From the human T2T-CHM13v2.0 reference genome, Homo sapiens, in NCBI RefSeq assembly GCF_009914755.1, contig NC_060926.1: a stretch of 64,000 bases of DNA. One strand, written 5' to 3'. Below, one piece after another: positions 13,431-27,613 of this stretch. The notes below the pieces were generated by a model. That model was not told the origin of the DNA. It did no database searches and worked only from the letters and a program-made list of their open reading frames with translations. Made by a program: the position numbers and the translations under genes. How positions within the stretch are numbered: the stretch's first letter is position 1; each line of letters starts with the position of its first letter.

Positions 13431-14199
13431 ATTTTTGTTGATAGTCTAAATTTCTACTACACCATTAGCAACATGAAGTCAGGATATACATCTGTCTCAT
13501 TTCTGTATTTCCGGTGCCCACGTAGGGATTTACCCAATGGATAGATGGGAGAGAGGAATAGATGTCTGCAAGTAAGCATAATACAAGGCTGAATATGTTC
13601 AGTGCCAAAGCAACATGCAAACGCTCCAGGAGCGGAAGCTGGGGAAGCCTTTCTGGAGAATGCAGCCTTTTAGTTAAGTCTTACAGGATGAGGAGTAATT
13701 TGCAAAGTAAAACTCAGAAGTGGGTGCAGAAAGGCATGGGTTCAAAGCACAGTGTGACTGAAAGGGAAGAGGCTGGAAAGGCATATATCCTGGGAGGGAT
13801 AGCCAGTGTGCCCATGTGGAGGCCATCTTACCCTCTGGGAAACAGAACAGGATAATCAGTTTGTGGCCCACTGAACTGCTGATTTCAGTTAATTCAGAAC
13901 ATCTCCAGGGGAGTGAGGGCACTCCGATGCATTATCTGTGCTCTACCCGCTTCAAGGTGGTCTGGTTATGGGGCTTTAGTGTCAGCTTCCCATTGATGAT
14001 ACATACAATCCCAATCCCAGTTTCAGCAGTTTCAGCAGTCCCCAACCTCAGGAGACCGAGCTGATAAAAGAAGTGCCAAATGGAATGTGGTTCCTCTAGG
14101 CTGCCTCAAAATATCTGCCACACACCAAAAGCTTCACTACTGGAGTCATTCCTATGGAAGGGTGAAGGTTCTTCTTTCTTGATTCTCCCAGTCCCTTAG

Positions 14200-14626
14200 T
14201 ATATGAGCTTCCTAGGGCTGCCGTAACACAGTAGTGCAAACAACTGAGTGGCTTAAAACAGCAGAAATTTATTCTCTCTGTTCTGGAAGCAAGAAGTCTG
14301 AAGTCAAAATGTCAGCAGGGTCATGGCCCACCCCCGAAGTCTCTAGCTAGATATCCTCCCTTGCCTCTTTCAGCTTCTGGTAGGCCTAGGCATTTCTTGG
14401 CTTGCAGCCTCAAAGGTTTGATCTCTGCCTCCATTATCCTATGGCTTCTCTCTGTATGTATCTCTGTCTTTTCGTTTTATACAAGATTAGGGCCCACCCT
14501 AATTCAGTGTGACCTCATCTAACTTGTTTACATCTACAAAGACCCTATTTCCAAATAAGATCACATTCACGGGTGCTGGGGGTTAGGACAGCATATCTTG
14601 TAAAGGGGTACAATTCAATCCACAAC
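14200..14626 (-). mobile_element. MLT1 (MaLR) solo LTR
   Basis: cctagggctgccgtaaca...gtggcttaaaacagcagaaatttattctc...gaccctatttccaaataagatcacattc, antisense MLT1C-like. Confidence 0.85.
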
Positions 14627-14684
14627 ACTTAGTTAATGCTTGTACTCTTGAGGAGAGTAATTTAAAAGCTGAGGTAGAAGCAGA

Positions 14685-14835
14685 AAAGAAAAACACACCA
14701 AGATACATTATAATCAAACTGCTGAAAAGCAAAGATAAGGAAGAAAACCTTGAAAGCAGCCAGAGAAAAATGTATTACATTTAGAGTAATAATGGTATTA
14801 ACACAGCCAACTTCTCATCAGAAATAATGGAGACC
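14685..14835 (+). mobile_element. L1M ORF1 fragment
   Basis: cacaccaagatacattataatcaaactgctgaaa...cttgaaagcagccagagaaaaa...cttctcatcagaaa resembles L1 ORF1 (PRHIIIKL / LKAAREK motifs). Confidence 0.7.
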
Positions 14836-14902
14836 GTAAAAGGGTCCTCAGGAGCCAGAATATGTGTGGGGCCTTTCAATAGGCCATGGTAAACGTTCAG
14901 GG

Positions 14903-14938
14903 GTTTTTTTTCTCGTTTGTGTTTTTAGTTTTTTTTGT

Positions 14939-14970
<32 letters not shown>

Positions 14971-15026
14971 TTGTGGTTGGTTTTTGTGTGTGTGTGGTTG
15001 GTTTTTTTGTTTCTTTCTTTCTTTTT
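14903..15026. repeat. T-rich (GTTTT)n low-complexity tract
   Basis: Seen directly. Confidence 0.9.
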
Positions 15027-15784
15027 AAGTGTTGAGGATTTTATAAGTATGATGGGAAGTTTTGAACAGGGGCATGAGATGACCTAGTTTACTTTGAAAT
15101 TATGAAGAGAAATTACAGATTCTGCTTACTCAGAATCCTATGGTTAGTATATGGAGGAGCCGTGACTCAAACCCTGGCCTCCTGATACTTTCTAAGACCA
15201 TTTCTTATTGAATGATGCCAAGCCACATCTGTCAGGTCAGACCATGGAGGGCTTCTCATGGAGGCTGATCTCTAAAAGCAATTGCCTGTAGAAGTTGTCC
15301 CTGACTTGGAAAGGTGAGTTGGTACTAGTGGAGACAGGAAATCTCACAAGGAGGGAGGCCAAGAAGAGAAAATGGAGGGGAAGATAAGGGAAAATTTCCA
15401 AGGTCAGCAGGAACTTCACAGTGCAATCTGTAGGCATCCTTCCTGTGGCCCTCGCCATATGAGTAACAGTCCTTTTTTTTTTTTTTTAAACAAAGCAGGA
15501 TGCCCAAGAATACTTCCTTGCTTCTCCACAGCTGGCCTAGCTTGGGTTTCTCAATGACTGGATGTGATTTAGCATTCTTCTTCATTCTGTCCCCCAAAGA
15601 GGCCTTCACTTGTTCCTAAAGAACTTTTATGCAGAAAACTGCCCGCTCTCCCAGCCCCCAGTCCACATTAACAGCTGTCACTTCAGAGGCTGTCAGGACT
15701 CTGAAGAGCTTTCCAATGCAGAAGCCCCTGCCTGCCCTCACCCACAGGGTCCAGCAATATAGACCTACCTTCTGACTCACCGAC

Positions 15785-15852
15785 TTCCTTCCTTCCTTCC
15801 TTCCTTCATTCCTTCCGTCCCTCCATCTCTCCCTCCTTTTTGCTTTTCTTTT
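15785..15852. repeat. (CTTC)n / pyrimidine-rich simple repeat
   Basis: Seen directly. Confidence 0.9.
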
Positions 15853-17942
15853 ATAGGAAAATTGTTTGCTTCATATCCTTTAAAACAGTGAACTGCCCCA
15901 AAGCAGTGAATGAGTCAACATCCCTTTGGTTAAAGTGGGCTAGGTTGGTAGGAGAACAGAGGAGGAGCCATTTTTCTGTATTTTTGGCTTTGAACCCTTT
16001 GAATTAACTTTCTTTCATTTTCTAATGGATTCCCTTTGGAAATGTTGTTGGAATGGTGCTTGGGTACTCGGCGTGCTTCCTAACATAACTAAATCTGTTC
16101 ATCTCATGAAAGATGACCATGGATGTTTATTTCACTGTACAAATCCTACTTTAACACTGATAAATGAACCCAGATATGCCATGTTCTTTGTTTTAGATCA
16201 TTCCTTCTATGAATCTTTGAGAGGAAACTTATCTCTAGGCCAGCAATAGAAAGCTTCTGGAGTCACCCATGGGTTGAGTAAACATCCTTTAAAAGAAAAG
16301 AAAAAATTTTACATTTTGTGTGAAGGGCTGTGTCTGGGTTAGAGAGGGAACAGTAAGTTCAAAAGCTTGAGTTGACAAGGAACAAACTGAGAACATGAAA
16401 GTCAGTTCTTCGTAGTATTTTGAGCTCTTCAGAGATGAGCTGTCTAGGAATAGAGTGACCTCTCTGTTCTTGTAGAATAGTCTGCCATGATATTACAGTA
16501 TTTACGGCTCAGCCTCTTTGAGCTCTATTCTGACAGCTGTAGGCCACTGTGGCCCACATTTGTGCATTTGTTCAGCATTTGAAGACAATTAAAATTTCTG
16601 AAAATCATGGTTGAAGATTTCAATGTAATGTGTGATTTGGCATACGAGAAAGGGGGAGATGATGCCCTGAGACCAACTGCTTGGCTGCCAACTAAGGAAT
16701 GTTATTTCTGTTCATTGTCCCATTTTCAGCAAGCTTCAATTATAGAAGTTTTGCCTAGTTCTCCACCCTGTAGATCCCAGCAAACATTTTAGAGGTAGCT
16801 GGTGCTGGTGAAGGTGCCCCTCCGTCTACCCTATTGCTGAGAGGAGCTGTTGGGCTCCCTGAAGCAATAATAGACTATATTGCTGGTGATTTTCTCTCAA
16901 ATGAAATTTCCATTTTAGATTGGTAATACACCTGAAAACACAGGCCTCATAGTGTTGGCAGACACTGTGCAGCAGAGATCAAACCCACATTTCTTCCCCT
17001 TCTCCAAGGTGTCACAATATTGATAAGATTGCCTCCTCTACCCTAATGAAGCATCCTGTAGAGTTTCCTACTCCCCTCAAATAAAATCGGGCTCTTTAGC
17101 ATAGAAACCTCAAGGCTTTTTTGGAAATTCAGTGAATTTTCCACCTCGTCTCACCAGTTCCCATAATACTGAGCTGCAGTTACCTGCTGTCCTTTCATGT
17201 TAAAGACCACACTACTTGTTCACCAAGGATGTCTTCAGCATCTTGGCCCTCTCCAGTTTGGGCCTGCTAGACTCAGCCTGCCTTAAAAGCCCAGCATGAG
17301 TAGAAGTCTGCTTTGACCCTCTAGCCTCCCAGGACCCCCTAGCTGACTTCTTGTGACACTTTATAACTTTATTTTTACACCGTGAGTTCTTCGGATATAG
17401 GCTAACCTCACCTACAAATACAGACCAAATACAGGTCACTGTCACGGATCCTTCAGTTGCTCATTGTTGCCTTACAGCAGTGACCATGCATTCATTCAAC
17501 AGATGTTTGCTAATTTCCTATATGTGCCACACTGTGCTCATCACTAGAATGTAAAGATGACCCAACAGCATGGACTCTGCCCTGTGGAAATTACCTGCTA
17601 GCAAGTGATAACTTCCATCTTTTGTTGAATGCCCACTATGTGCTAGTCACTAAACTAAGCACCTTTTTTCTCCCAGATAATCTTTGCAGCTTAAAAGAGG
17701 TGAGTTTTTCTTATCACCCTTTTACATATGAGGAACCTGAGACTTAGAGATGGCAAGTCATTTGCTCAGAGTCCCACACCTAGTAAGGATCAGCTTGAGA
17801 TCACGACTTGCAAGTCCATAGTCAACCCTCATGAGGCCGACTCCTGGTGTTAGCACCCGTGTATTGAGTGAGTCGGAGGACTGAGGAGGTGCTACATGTT
17901 CTCTGTCCTTCTCCTTCATGGTATCATGCTCTGTTTCCACAG

Positions 17943-18017
17943 ATTGAGCCATACATGCCATATGAATTTACGTGCGAGGGGATGCTACAGAGAATCAATG
18001 CTTTCATTGAAAAACAG
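17943..18017 (+). CDS. MGAT5: MGAT5 coding exon (3rd from last), 75 bp, phase 0/0
   Basis: ctgtttccacAG acceptor, GTaagg donor; IEPYMPYEFTCEGMLQRINAFIEKQ. Confidence 0.98.
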
Positions 18018-19004
18018 GTAAGGCTTATCAGAAGTCAGTCTGTCTTTGCTGTGTACTGCTTCCTGTGACGCCATAGGGCTCTCAAGAACATTTAAGAGCT
18101 CACTGTGTTTCTGTGGCTATTTTCCTGCTTTGGGAGACTCTAGAAGCTGGATAATAGTAGCACTGTCATGGTCACCCAAGAGAACCAGTATTCCCTTGGA
18201 GTAGGTATGTTCTTGATGACAGTGTAAGGTGAAATGGAAACTTATAACAAGAGAGATGGGATGATTACTGTGAAGATGCCCCTGACCATCAGGGTCTGTG
18301 CCCTGAGTGGGTTCTGAGGCCCATTCTCACCTTAAGAAAGGCAAGAATTGAAACCAGCTTTTTCTAAGCATTATTTTAATAATACATGTTCAGCAATTCT
18401 AAATGTTAGGACTTTTTAGAGGTTTTCAGACATCTTCTAAAAGCAGGACCCTTTGTCAAATGAAACCTTATATGTATATAAAACAGATAAAAAGCAGGAC
18501 AAAGCCAAGGAGGGTGCCAAGAGTTCCACCTTCCCCAACAAGGTTTGGAAACTGCAGCATGTGCTCCTAGAAGTAAAGGCCAGGAGCCTGTTGCTATCAT
18601 TTTATAGCATTTTAATTCCTTGGACTTCAAAAGCAACACAGAGCTAGAAATAGACGGACTCAGAACCCCTGTGGGTAGGAGAATATGAACTCTTTGACTA
18701 GATCCCAGAAATAAGGTGCTCTTCCTAAAGGATAAAGCATTTTTTAAGGCAATCAAGGGATCTTTACACAATAGGGGATGAGGATGGTGCAAGCTGAAAA
18801 TAGAAATGGTGTATTGAAAATCTAAGTAGGCCCAAGGTGGGCTTCAAAGGAAGAGTTGATGGTTTGAGGAGACTGAAACTGTGGCGAGCAGCCAGCAGCC
18901 CTGGGTGCTGCTGTTGGAGCTGGGAGCCGTGGTCATATACTTCGGGGTGGTGTGTCTGATATGCTGAGCTTTTGTTAGCAGCAAGAGAGCGCGCTCTGCA
19001 GCCA

Positions 19005-19220
19005 GGCCATGTGGGTTTTACTCCTGGCACCATGTGTTTCTAGTTATATGACTTGGGCATGTTACTTGGCCTCTCTATGCCTTAGTTTCCTTGTCTGTAA
19101 AATAAGGATGATGCTAATAGGGCCTACTTCGTAGGGCTGATGTGAGGATTTAATGAGCTAATACATACAAAGTGCTTAGAACAGAGCCTGGCACATACAT
19201 AGTGCTCAATAAATGCAAAC
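19005..19220 (+). mobile_element. MIR
   Basis: tgacttgggcatgttactt...cctctctatgccttagtttccttgtctgtaaaat core; aaagtgcttagaacagagcctggcacata...tgctcaataaatg 3' end. Confidence 0.85.
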
Positions 19221-22200
19221 TGGTACTGTTGATTATTTAATACATTATGCTATATTGTACTGTAATACACTACTTTGTAGTATAATTATTTGGTTTCACG
19301 AGAAACCATTTGAATCTTTATCTCATTCAGCCTTTATATGACACCAGAATGACAGTATCATCACAACTCTAGCAACCACATCCATACAGATTTTGTGCCA
19401 GCATGTGCCAGACACATCATAATATAACATCTAATTCTCACAGTAATTCCAGGAGGTGGTAGTAATAACCCCATTATCTGGATAGTGGAAACCAAGACTC
19501 ACAGTTATCAGGCTCACAGATTGTGGAATCAAGATTTGATACAGTTTGATGTGAGGCCAAGTCTACACCAACCATGCTTACCAGGGCCTCAGGAGACAGA
19601 AGGTGTCCAGAGCTTTGCTTCCCGTCTTCTTGCATCATCAAGGGCTGCTCACCCTTCCTGCAGCTGCAAAGAGGAGTTGCAGGGCCTCCTTCAATTATGG
19701 GTCTTAAGACATCACAGCTCTTGCCGCCATCTCGGCAGCTCTCTTGAGATCATACTAAGATCCCTGCAGCTGCTGCTGAAACCCTCTTTGCCTGTCTCCA
19801 CGTCCTCTTAGGGAAAATAGTTACCCAACTGCCAGGCATAAATGACTCTTGATCAGGTTTATTTGAAGGCTTTTATTTCTCCCCTGAGGCTCAGGAATTC
19901 CAGCCAGTCTTTAAAAGTTACCAGGTCCTCTGTAAGCCTTGCTGGGCTTCCTTTCAAACAGGAAGGTCCTGTTCACCAAATAGACCTTGCTAAATGCTCC
20001 ATAATGCAGAGGCTCCACCTGGCTTCACCTCTATATCCCTAGTAACCTGCTGGACACATGGTCGGTGCACAGTAACTTCCAGGTGACAGAAACAATGAAG
20101 GAAGGAAGGGAGGAAGGGAGGGTGAGTGTGCTTTTTATTCCTGTGTGTCAGGAACCAGGAAGCTCATCTTGGACTTCATGATTTGGAATACATGTTACCA
20201 AAATTGTCTGCTGGAAAGCATGCTAATAAAACTGCACCGCCCCCCACCCCCACCATATAGGCCTTTCTGCAGAGATCTGCAGTTCACAGAAATCCAGAGG
20301 TTTCTTTTTTGCCTGCTGTTGTTGATTCATTCTTCTACTCTGAATTATTTGTCAGCTGGAACATGCCATGGGCTGTGTGGTCAGTTGGGGAGGACAATAG
20401 CTCCAGGTCCCCATCCCTACCCTCAAGTAGCTGCAAGTTTCATGGAGAAGGCAGCCAAGTCCACAGGCAGTAAGTGCCACTGCTGTAGGTTCAGCCTGGT
20501 AATAGTGAAGCAACAGGATGCTTGGGGATCACATGGCCCAGCCCGCCGAGGGAGGACGGGGGAGAAATGGTAGAGTGTATCTGAAGGCATCTTGCAGGAG
20601 GTGAGTCCTGAAGGCAAACTGGTAGCACAGACTGAAGGCTGGACAAGTCCAGATGTGAAGGCCTGGAGGGGGGAGAAATGTCATGGGGAATGATAGGCAC
20701 TTGACTGAAGAGAGGGATGAGGTAAGAGACCAGGCTGGAGGAGGAGATTGCAGAATGTGAAAAGACGCTGAGGCTCGGCTGAAGAATTCCAGTTTGATTC
20801 TGGGATAATAGGAAGCTAAAGAAGGGCTTTGTCGCAGGCTAAGGGGCAGTGGAACTGTCAGATGGGTGCTTAGAAAAATCATTCCAGGAATCTTGTGTTA
20901 GGGGCATTTCTTATTAAACATTCTCCAAATGTTCCTAAATGAGCAATAAAGGGGGCCTATTTTGAGTTTATCTCAGAGATTCTATTGAACCCAGAATGTT
21001 CCTCTGATGCCAGAAGGAAGATAGGAAGCCAAGACCCCATTGGTTCACAGATTGGGTCTGCTACCTCTTTTAGCTCCAGACCCCAGTGTTTTAGAGGTTG
21101 GAGTATTCATTATTTTTTGCAGCTAGACGAATATCTTCAAAGGGCAGCGAGGATGGAGAGGAGGTGTTCCTGGTATGAACAAGAAAGCCTGCAGCTCCGA
21201 GGAGGCCCTTCCCATCCCTTGAATGGTAGGAGCACTGCAGCCCTAATTAGGCCAATATCTGCCTTCAGAGTTCTCCATGTGATCTGCAAGGAGAACACAG
21301 AAGCTTTTACCCCAGAAACCTTTCAGGGTTGTCCGTCATGCTCAGCCAAGGCAGTGGGAGCCAGACGGAGCCAACAGACAGCAATCGAGGGCACGCCGGG
21401 CTTCAGTGTGCAGTTGAGCAGTCGCCAGCAGGAAACCCACCTCATACCCAGTCCTCCCTGGGTACAGGCACCCAATGAGAAAGACTCCTGGATCTAGGAA
21501 AACCACTTGCTCTTTTCTCTTAATGTCCCCACTTCCTTTACTGTACTGAAAATGTTGATTCAGAGTGCATGCTCTTTTAAATGAGCTTTCTCAAAGAGAC
21601 GCTGTCTCCAGCAGGGAGAACTTCTTTGTAATCTAAGATCAAGCACTGTTGTTCCCTATCCTCAGTATGTGTGGGCTTGTTAAGGTTTTCATTATGCATT
21701 TCTTGGGAAAGTCTTTTGTATTAGCCTCAGGTCAGAGAGTATAGCAGGACTTTTTTGAAGGAATGGCAATTTCAGATTGATTTATTAAAACCATACATAT
21801 GCTCTTGAATTATATTTTCTGTTTCCTGTAAAGACACTGTAAATATATAGCATGGTCACAGTCATGTTAATTTGTAAAGAGCTGTGTGATTCATCTGAGA
21901 AGCATTCTGGAGAGAGGGAGGGTAAAAAAAAGAGTTAACTCCAACAATGGCTGTGGAATCAGCTGAAGGTCCTAGGATGTCTGTTCATCAGAGCCCAGAA
22001 TAAGCCCACTATGGAGTGTTCTGGATGCAAGGACAAGCCTGTTATGAATCTGGATAGTCCAAAGGTGGGAGCAATGGTAGAGGTGACAGATTGCAAGGAA
22101 AGAGGGAGAAATTGAAAAGGGGAGAAGGTTGGTACTAGCTTGAGGAATGTTTACTCTTGAGAAATCAATAGCTTTTGTTTACCCAGCCTTTCCTGCACCC

Positions 22201-22224
22201 AGAGAGACTAGGCAGGTAATGATT

Positions 22225-22445
22225 AAGCACAGAACCCTAGCAGCTGACTGCCTGGGTTCACATCTTAGCTCTGCTTGTCACTGTGTTTCTGACCTTGGGC
22301 AAGTTACCTAACATCTCTATGCTCTTTCCTCTTCTGAGAAATAGGGATAATGCAACCTACCCATCAGGCTGGTGAAGGAAAAGGTAGTTTGATAATGTTT
22401 AGCACTAAGAACAATGCCTGGCCCATGTGGGTGCTCTCAAAGCCT
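22225..22445 (+). mobile_element. MIR
   Basis: gactgcctgggttca...tgaccttgggcaagttacctaacatctct core. Confidence 0.75.
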
Positions 22446-22489
22446 TCGCTACGAGTTGCCGCAGGAGCCCAGAAACCAACCAAGGTGTG

Positions 22490-22990
22490 TTTTTCAAACT
22501 GGCTCACTGAGGTATAGTTTACAGACCATAAAGTTCACTGCATATAAGGACACAATTCAATTTTTTTTTTAGCAAATTGGTAGTGTTACACAACTACCAC
22601 CACACTCTAGTTTTGCAGCATTTCCGTCACCCCAAAAAACTCATTTGTCCCTGTTAGCAATCAATCCTTGCTCCCACCCCAGGCCTAGGAAACCACTGAT
22701 CTGTTTCCTGCCTTTTTAGATGAGCCTTTTCTGGAGATTTCTGGCTTTCACTTAGCATGATGTTTTGGGGGTTCACCCATGTTGTTAAATGTGTCAGAAC
22801 TGATTTTATTGCTGAATAGTATTCCATGTATGTACAGATTAATATCACAATTTGTTTATCCGTTCACCAATTGATAGGCTTTTGGGTTATATCCACGTTT
22901 TGACTAATGTGGTAGGTGCTGTTGTGAACATTCACATGCAATCTGTGTATGGACCTGTTTTCGTTTCTCCTGCGTAGACTCCTAGAAGTG
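22490..22990 (-). mobile_element. L1ME/MB-like 3' fragment
   Basis: ctggctttcacttagcatgatgtttt...ttttattgctgaatagtattcca motifs. Confidence 0.7.
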
Positions 22991-24884
22991 TGTGAATAAG
23001 GTAGATTTCTGTTCTGGCTCTTCAAAGGTGAGTTTTTTGCTCAGTGGAATTTTGCATGTGTAGAGATAATCCATGGAGATTGCTGCCTACTGCTCAGTTT
23101 TATAGGCACCGTCACTGTTTCTTTTGTGGAAACAAAAATTCACACTCACTTCTGGGAAACAACCTCTGGGGCCGTGTGTGGACACAGTTCACTGTGTTTT
23201 AAGGGAAAGCACACGCCGAGAATGGTCGGTTTCAGCCTGGCACCTGAGGTGTGCTAATCCAGTCAGTTACTCAATATTTATGGAACACTTCCTGTGCCAG
23301 GCCCTGGATTTCTCAGCTGTAACACAGATAACCAATATGTGCCTTATCCCTCAAATAGCTGACCGAACGGGGCCCAAACCCCATTTTCATGGTCCTACCT
23401 GTCCTACCAACTTTTTTTTTTTTTTTGCCAATTTCTGGTTTTTCTTCCTCTAGATCCTGCCTGCAGACATTTATATTTGAACCTGTGTTCTTGGTTCCAG
23501 ACAATGTGGGTTCCCACCAAAACCCACTTGCACCGAACTCTCATGGGCTTATTAGTAACTCTGTGAAAGAGTTGGCTGCAGTGGGTGGGGTGAGGGGTTT
23601 CTGGACCCCCTTCACACACCACTTAGCCCTCTCTGACTGGCCCTTCTGTTACCACTCCTCCGCTTTGCTCTGAACAAGTGACCCTTTCCCTGGCCCAGCA
23701 AACCAAGAGGGCGTGAACAAGCCAGTCCCGCTACCTGGCGCTTCTCCCAGGGAGCATTCTCCTCCCCTTCTCTGGCCCCTTCTGTATTTTTATGGTGTTT
23801 TCCCCAGGCTGCTAATTAATTAGCCTTCTTTACAAAGGCGGTGCTCTCACCTCTTCTTCAGGGTTGGCTGTGTTCATTTGTTTAGAACATTGTTCCGTCT
23901 CATAAATTGGTTGGTTATTAGACTTTTTGTTGGTTTATGACTACTGCATGGAAATTTCAGGATAGTCAAGCACATTTAGAGAAATTTGGTGACTGGTTGA
24001 AATAATTGTTAGGGAAGGATGCAGATGTTCTGTGTTCTAAGCAGGCTTGTTAACCAGATTGGAAATTACTGTTTATATCTCATTTTTGCTGCATAGGAGC
24101 TCGTTGAGTTAGAATAGTTTCCTTTTCTACTTCTGCTACTGTCAAAGCCTCAAGATGCAAAACACATTCAGTTTAGTTGAGCAGCTCCTGCAGTCTGTTC
24201 CCAGCACCAGCTATCTGCAAAGCGCCATGTTAGAGGTAAGCTGCTAACTTCCATACAGCCTACAAAACCCAGATGGCCTTCCCTATCTCCTGGAAGCCTT
24301 CTCTGACTGCTACCACCACTTTCCCCTTCCCTAGAGTTAATCTTTTCCTTTCTGCAAGTGGCCTGCGCATCCTATTTGGGCATTTGTTTCATACTGTTCG
24401 GTAATTTTTTAGCATCGGCCTCTCTTACTAGACTGCGCACTGAACCTCTGAGTCCAGGGACTGTGTCTCCTTCATGTTTATATTTCCAGCACCCAGTGGG
24501 AGACTTTAATAGTCATTAGTAAAGTACTGAATGAATGAGGAAACCTTCAAAGCCAGCTTACATGAGTGTTTCATGGGGATTTGTTGAACAGAGATGCCCT
24601 GTCTCAGGGTCTCAGTCCCGTATCTCTCTCCTGTGCTGTTGCGGCAGCTTCCTGTCTCTCTGCTGCTGCTTTGCTCCTGCAGTCTGTTCCCAGCATGCAG
24701 ATCCCGTCACCCCTCTTCCCGGAAATCTCCAGTGTCTTCCATCTTACTTCATGGAAAAGCTAGAGCATTCAATTAGACCCCAAAGATCTGACTCCCAGGG
24801 CCCTCCTGAACCCCATCACTTCTGACCCATAATATACACACTCTACCAAGCTACCCAGAAGCGCCTGCTCCCCCTGGAATGTAC

Positions 24885-25195
24885 TCCCTTGTCAAATCTT
24901 CTGATCTAGATGTTCCTCTGCCTAGAATGTTCTTCCCAGATGCTTGCATGGCTCACTTCTTTACTTCCTCGTGTCTTTTCCCAGCTGCCACCATTTCAGT
25001 GATGCCTTATCAGGACATCATCTCTGCCAACAGTCTCACTTCATTCTTTTCTAGAATACTTACCACCTTTTAATGTACTATATATATTGACTTATCCATT
25101 GTTTTTTTGTCTCCCTCGCTGAATGCAAGCCCTATGAAGGCAGGGATTTGTGGTTCCTCTGGTTCATCATCCTTTCCCTCACACTCCAGGGACTA
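24885..25195. mobile_element. L2 3' fragment
   Basis: tgttcctctgcctagaatgttcttcccaga...gaatgcaagccctatgaaggcagggattt resembles L2a end. Confidence 0.6.
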
Positions 25196-26488
25196 GATTG
25201 CATGTCGTCATGGTGACAGCCAACATGCAGATGGTGTTTTTGTGTCAGGCGCTTTTCTGAGCATGTTATACATTATGATTAATAAACGGAGGAGGTAAGA
25301 GTCCACCAGGCAGTCTGAGCTCTGAGCCCTTATGCTTTTCTGCCTAGTAGCAAGTATTTGTTCAAAGAATGAAGGAATGAGTACTTATGATAAGGAGATA
25401 AGGCAAGTTGGCACTGCCTTATTAGCCTGTGTTGCAGTTGAATGAAACAGAGGATTCCCAGCCTTCTCTGAGCACCCAATGGGACTGGCACTTATGGGAG
25501 AGAAGAAGCTATGACAGGGGCTTCCATTTCAGTTGTGCCCTAAAAGCAGCTGGGCCAAAAGGTGGATCTTGTGGATGTAGGTGAATTATCATATGTAATC
25601 AGCCAACTCAACTTTTACCTCCAGACTCTTGCAGCAAAGAATGGTCAACCTTGGAACATTATCTTTAACATCTCAAAGTTCTTTCTTATCAGTCACCTCA
25701 TTTTCTTCTCACAGGAATTAGATAAGGAGGGAAGGACAGATGGCATCATCCTCATTTTATGTGTGAGAGCAGGCAGAGCTGAAGAGACATCTATGAAGTC
25801 CCACAGCTGGGAGCCAGAATCCTAACCCAGATCCCCAGCTTTCTCCTGCCACCTTCAGGCCTCCCTCTGTTCAGTGTGATCATCTTTAGACTCTCCAGGT
25901 GGCAGCAAGCTTTGAGAAGTTCCTGCTGCTATTTTTACTATTCCTGATTCTGTTGACCCCCAAAACAGACTGCTGAGAGGATGCTAGACCATGCTCCTGG
26001 GGAGCACCAGAAAGGGTTCCTGGAGCTCCAGTGTTCAGCTGCAGGATTGAACTAAGCACACCTGTTGAGGGGGACCTTGAGAGGGGAGGCTGCTGTAGTT
26101 TACAAAGAAATGAACAAATAGGGCATATCAGCCCTGCAGTGCAGCTTTAAGGACATCTCCCATGGTTTGGGCCTTGCGGTGCCATCCTGCCCTGCTGGAC
26201 CTGAGGTGCAAGGTGTCCATTCATCTAGGGCTGCCCCAGATTCTGCAGATGTCTCCAATGCAGTACCTTGGAAGCTCTACGGGGCACAGGCAGCTCTTCC
26301 AAGAAGGGCTAACAGGTGGAAAAGGAGCATTTATGGAGCACCTGCCATTTGCCAGCATTCTGCTCAGCTCCATGTCTTACTATCTGTTAGCCTCACTCTT
26401 TGCAGACAAGCAGGAGATGAGACCAGACTGGGTAACACACCCAAAGCACCACAGTGGTGGGGCAAGGCTCCCAGTCTGCTCCTTCTGA

Positions 26489-26866
<378 letters not shown>

Positions 26867-27311
26867 TCTAGCTTCAGTGTTAACCTTTGTGCTGCTTCCT
26901 GTACCCCATGAGGCTGAACATGAATAAGAAGCCAAGTTTCTAAAGAGTCTTCAAACTCAGTAGGTACAGAGATACTGCCCTCAGCTGTTTGTAGATGTCA
27001 TGTAAGTAGAGATGTTCCACAGTTTTCTTGCCAGCCATGAAAGCCTAAACAGGAGCTTTCAGCCTTCGTGGGTCTTCATTTTCCCAGCCTAATCCAGGAC
27101 TGGGTCAAGCCAAATCCAAGGTGCAGAGAGAAACATTCCCACTTGGCTTCTTCTGATGTAAATGATGTGATCTGGTCTAGATTTCCCGGTTGACTTATCT
27201 TTTCTGTTCAGTCACATGATTTGGTGTATGTGGATTTTAAAATCTCTTTATTATAAAATTTAAAGGCTGCAGAAGTTATCCAGTTGCTCCTAAAGAATTA
27301 CAGGTTGAGCA

Positions 27312-27607
27312 GGCTGACATGGTGGCTTACACCTGTAATCCCACACTTTGGGAGGCTGAGGCAAGCGAATCCCCTGAGGCTAGGAGTTCGAGGTCAGCCT
27401 GGCAAACATGGCGAAACCCCGTCTTTACTAAAAATACAAAAATTAGCTGCGTGTGATGGCATGTACCTGTAACCCCAGGTACTCAGGAGACTGAGGCAGG
27501 AGAATCACATGAACCTGGCAGAGGGAGGTTGCAGTGAACCAAGATCATGCCACTGCACTCCTGCCTGGGTGACACAGCGAGACTCCGTCTCAAAAAAAAA
27601 AAAAAAA
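27312..27607 (+). mobile_element. AluS-type element with 18-bp TSD
   Basis: Dimer plus poly-A; aaagaattacaggttgag (27292-27309) / aaagatttacaggttgag (27605-27622). Confidence 0.95.
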
Positions 27608-27613
27608 GATTTA

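Noticed and set aside
25890-25910. CTCF-like motifs (ctccaggtggcagc here; gccaccaggtgggg near 55906)
   Set aside because: Partial matches judged by eye; cannot be supported without PWM scoring or ChIP data
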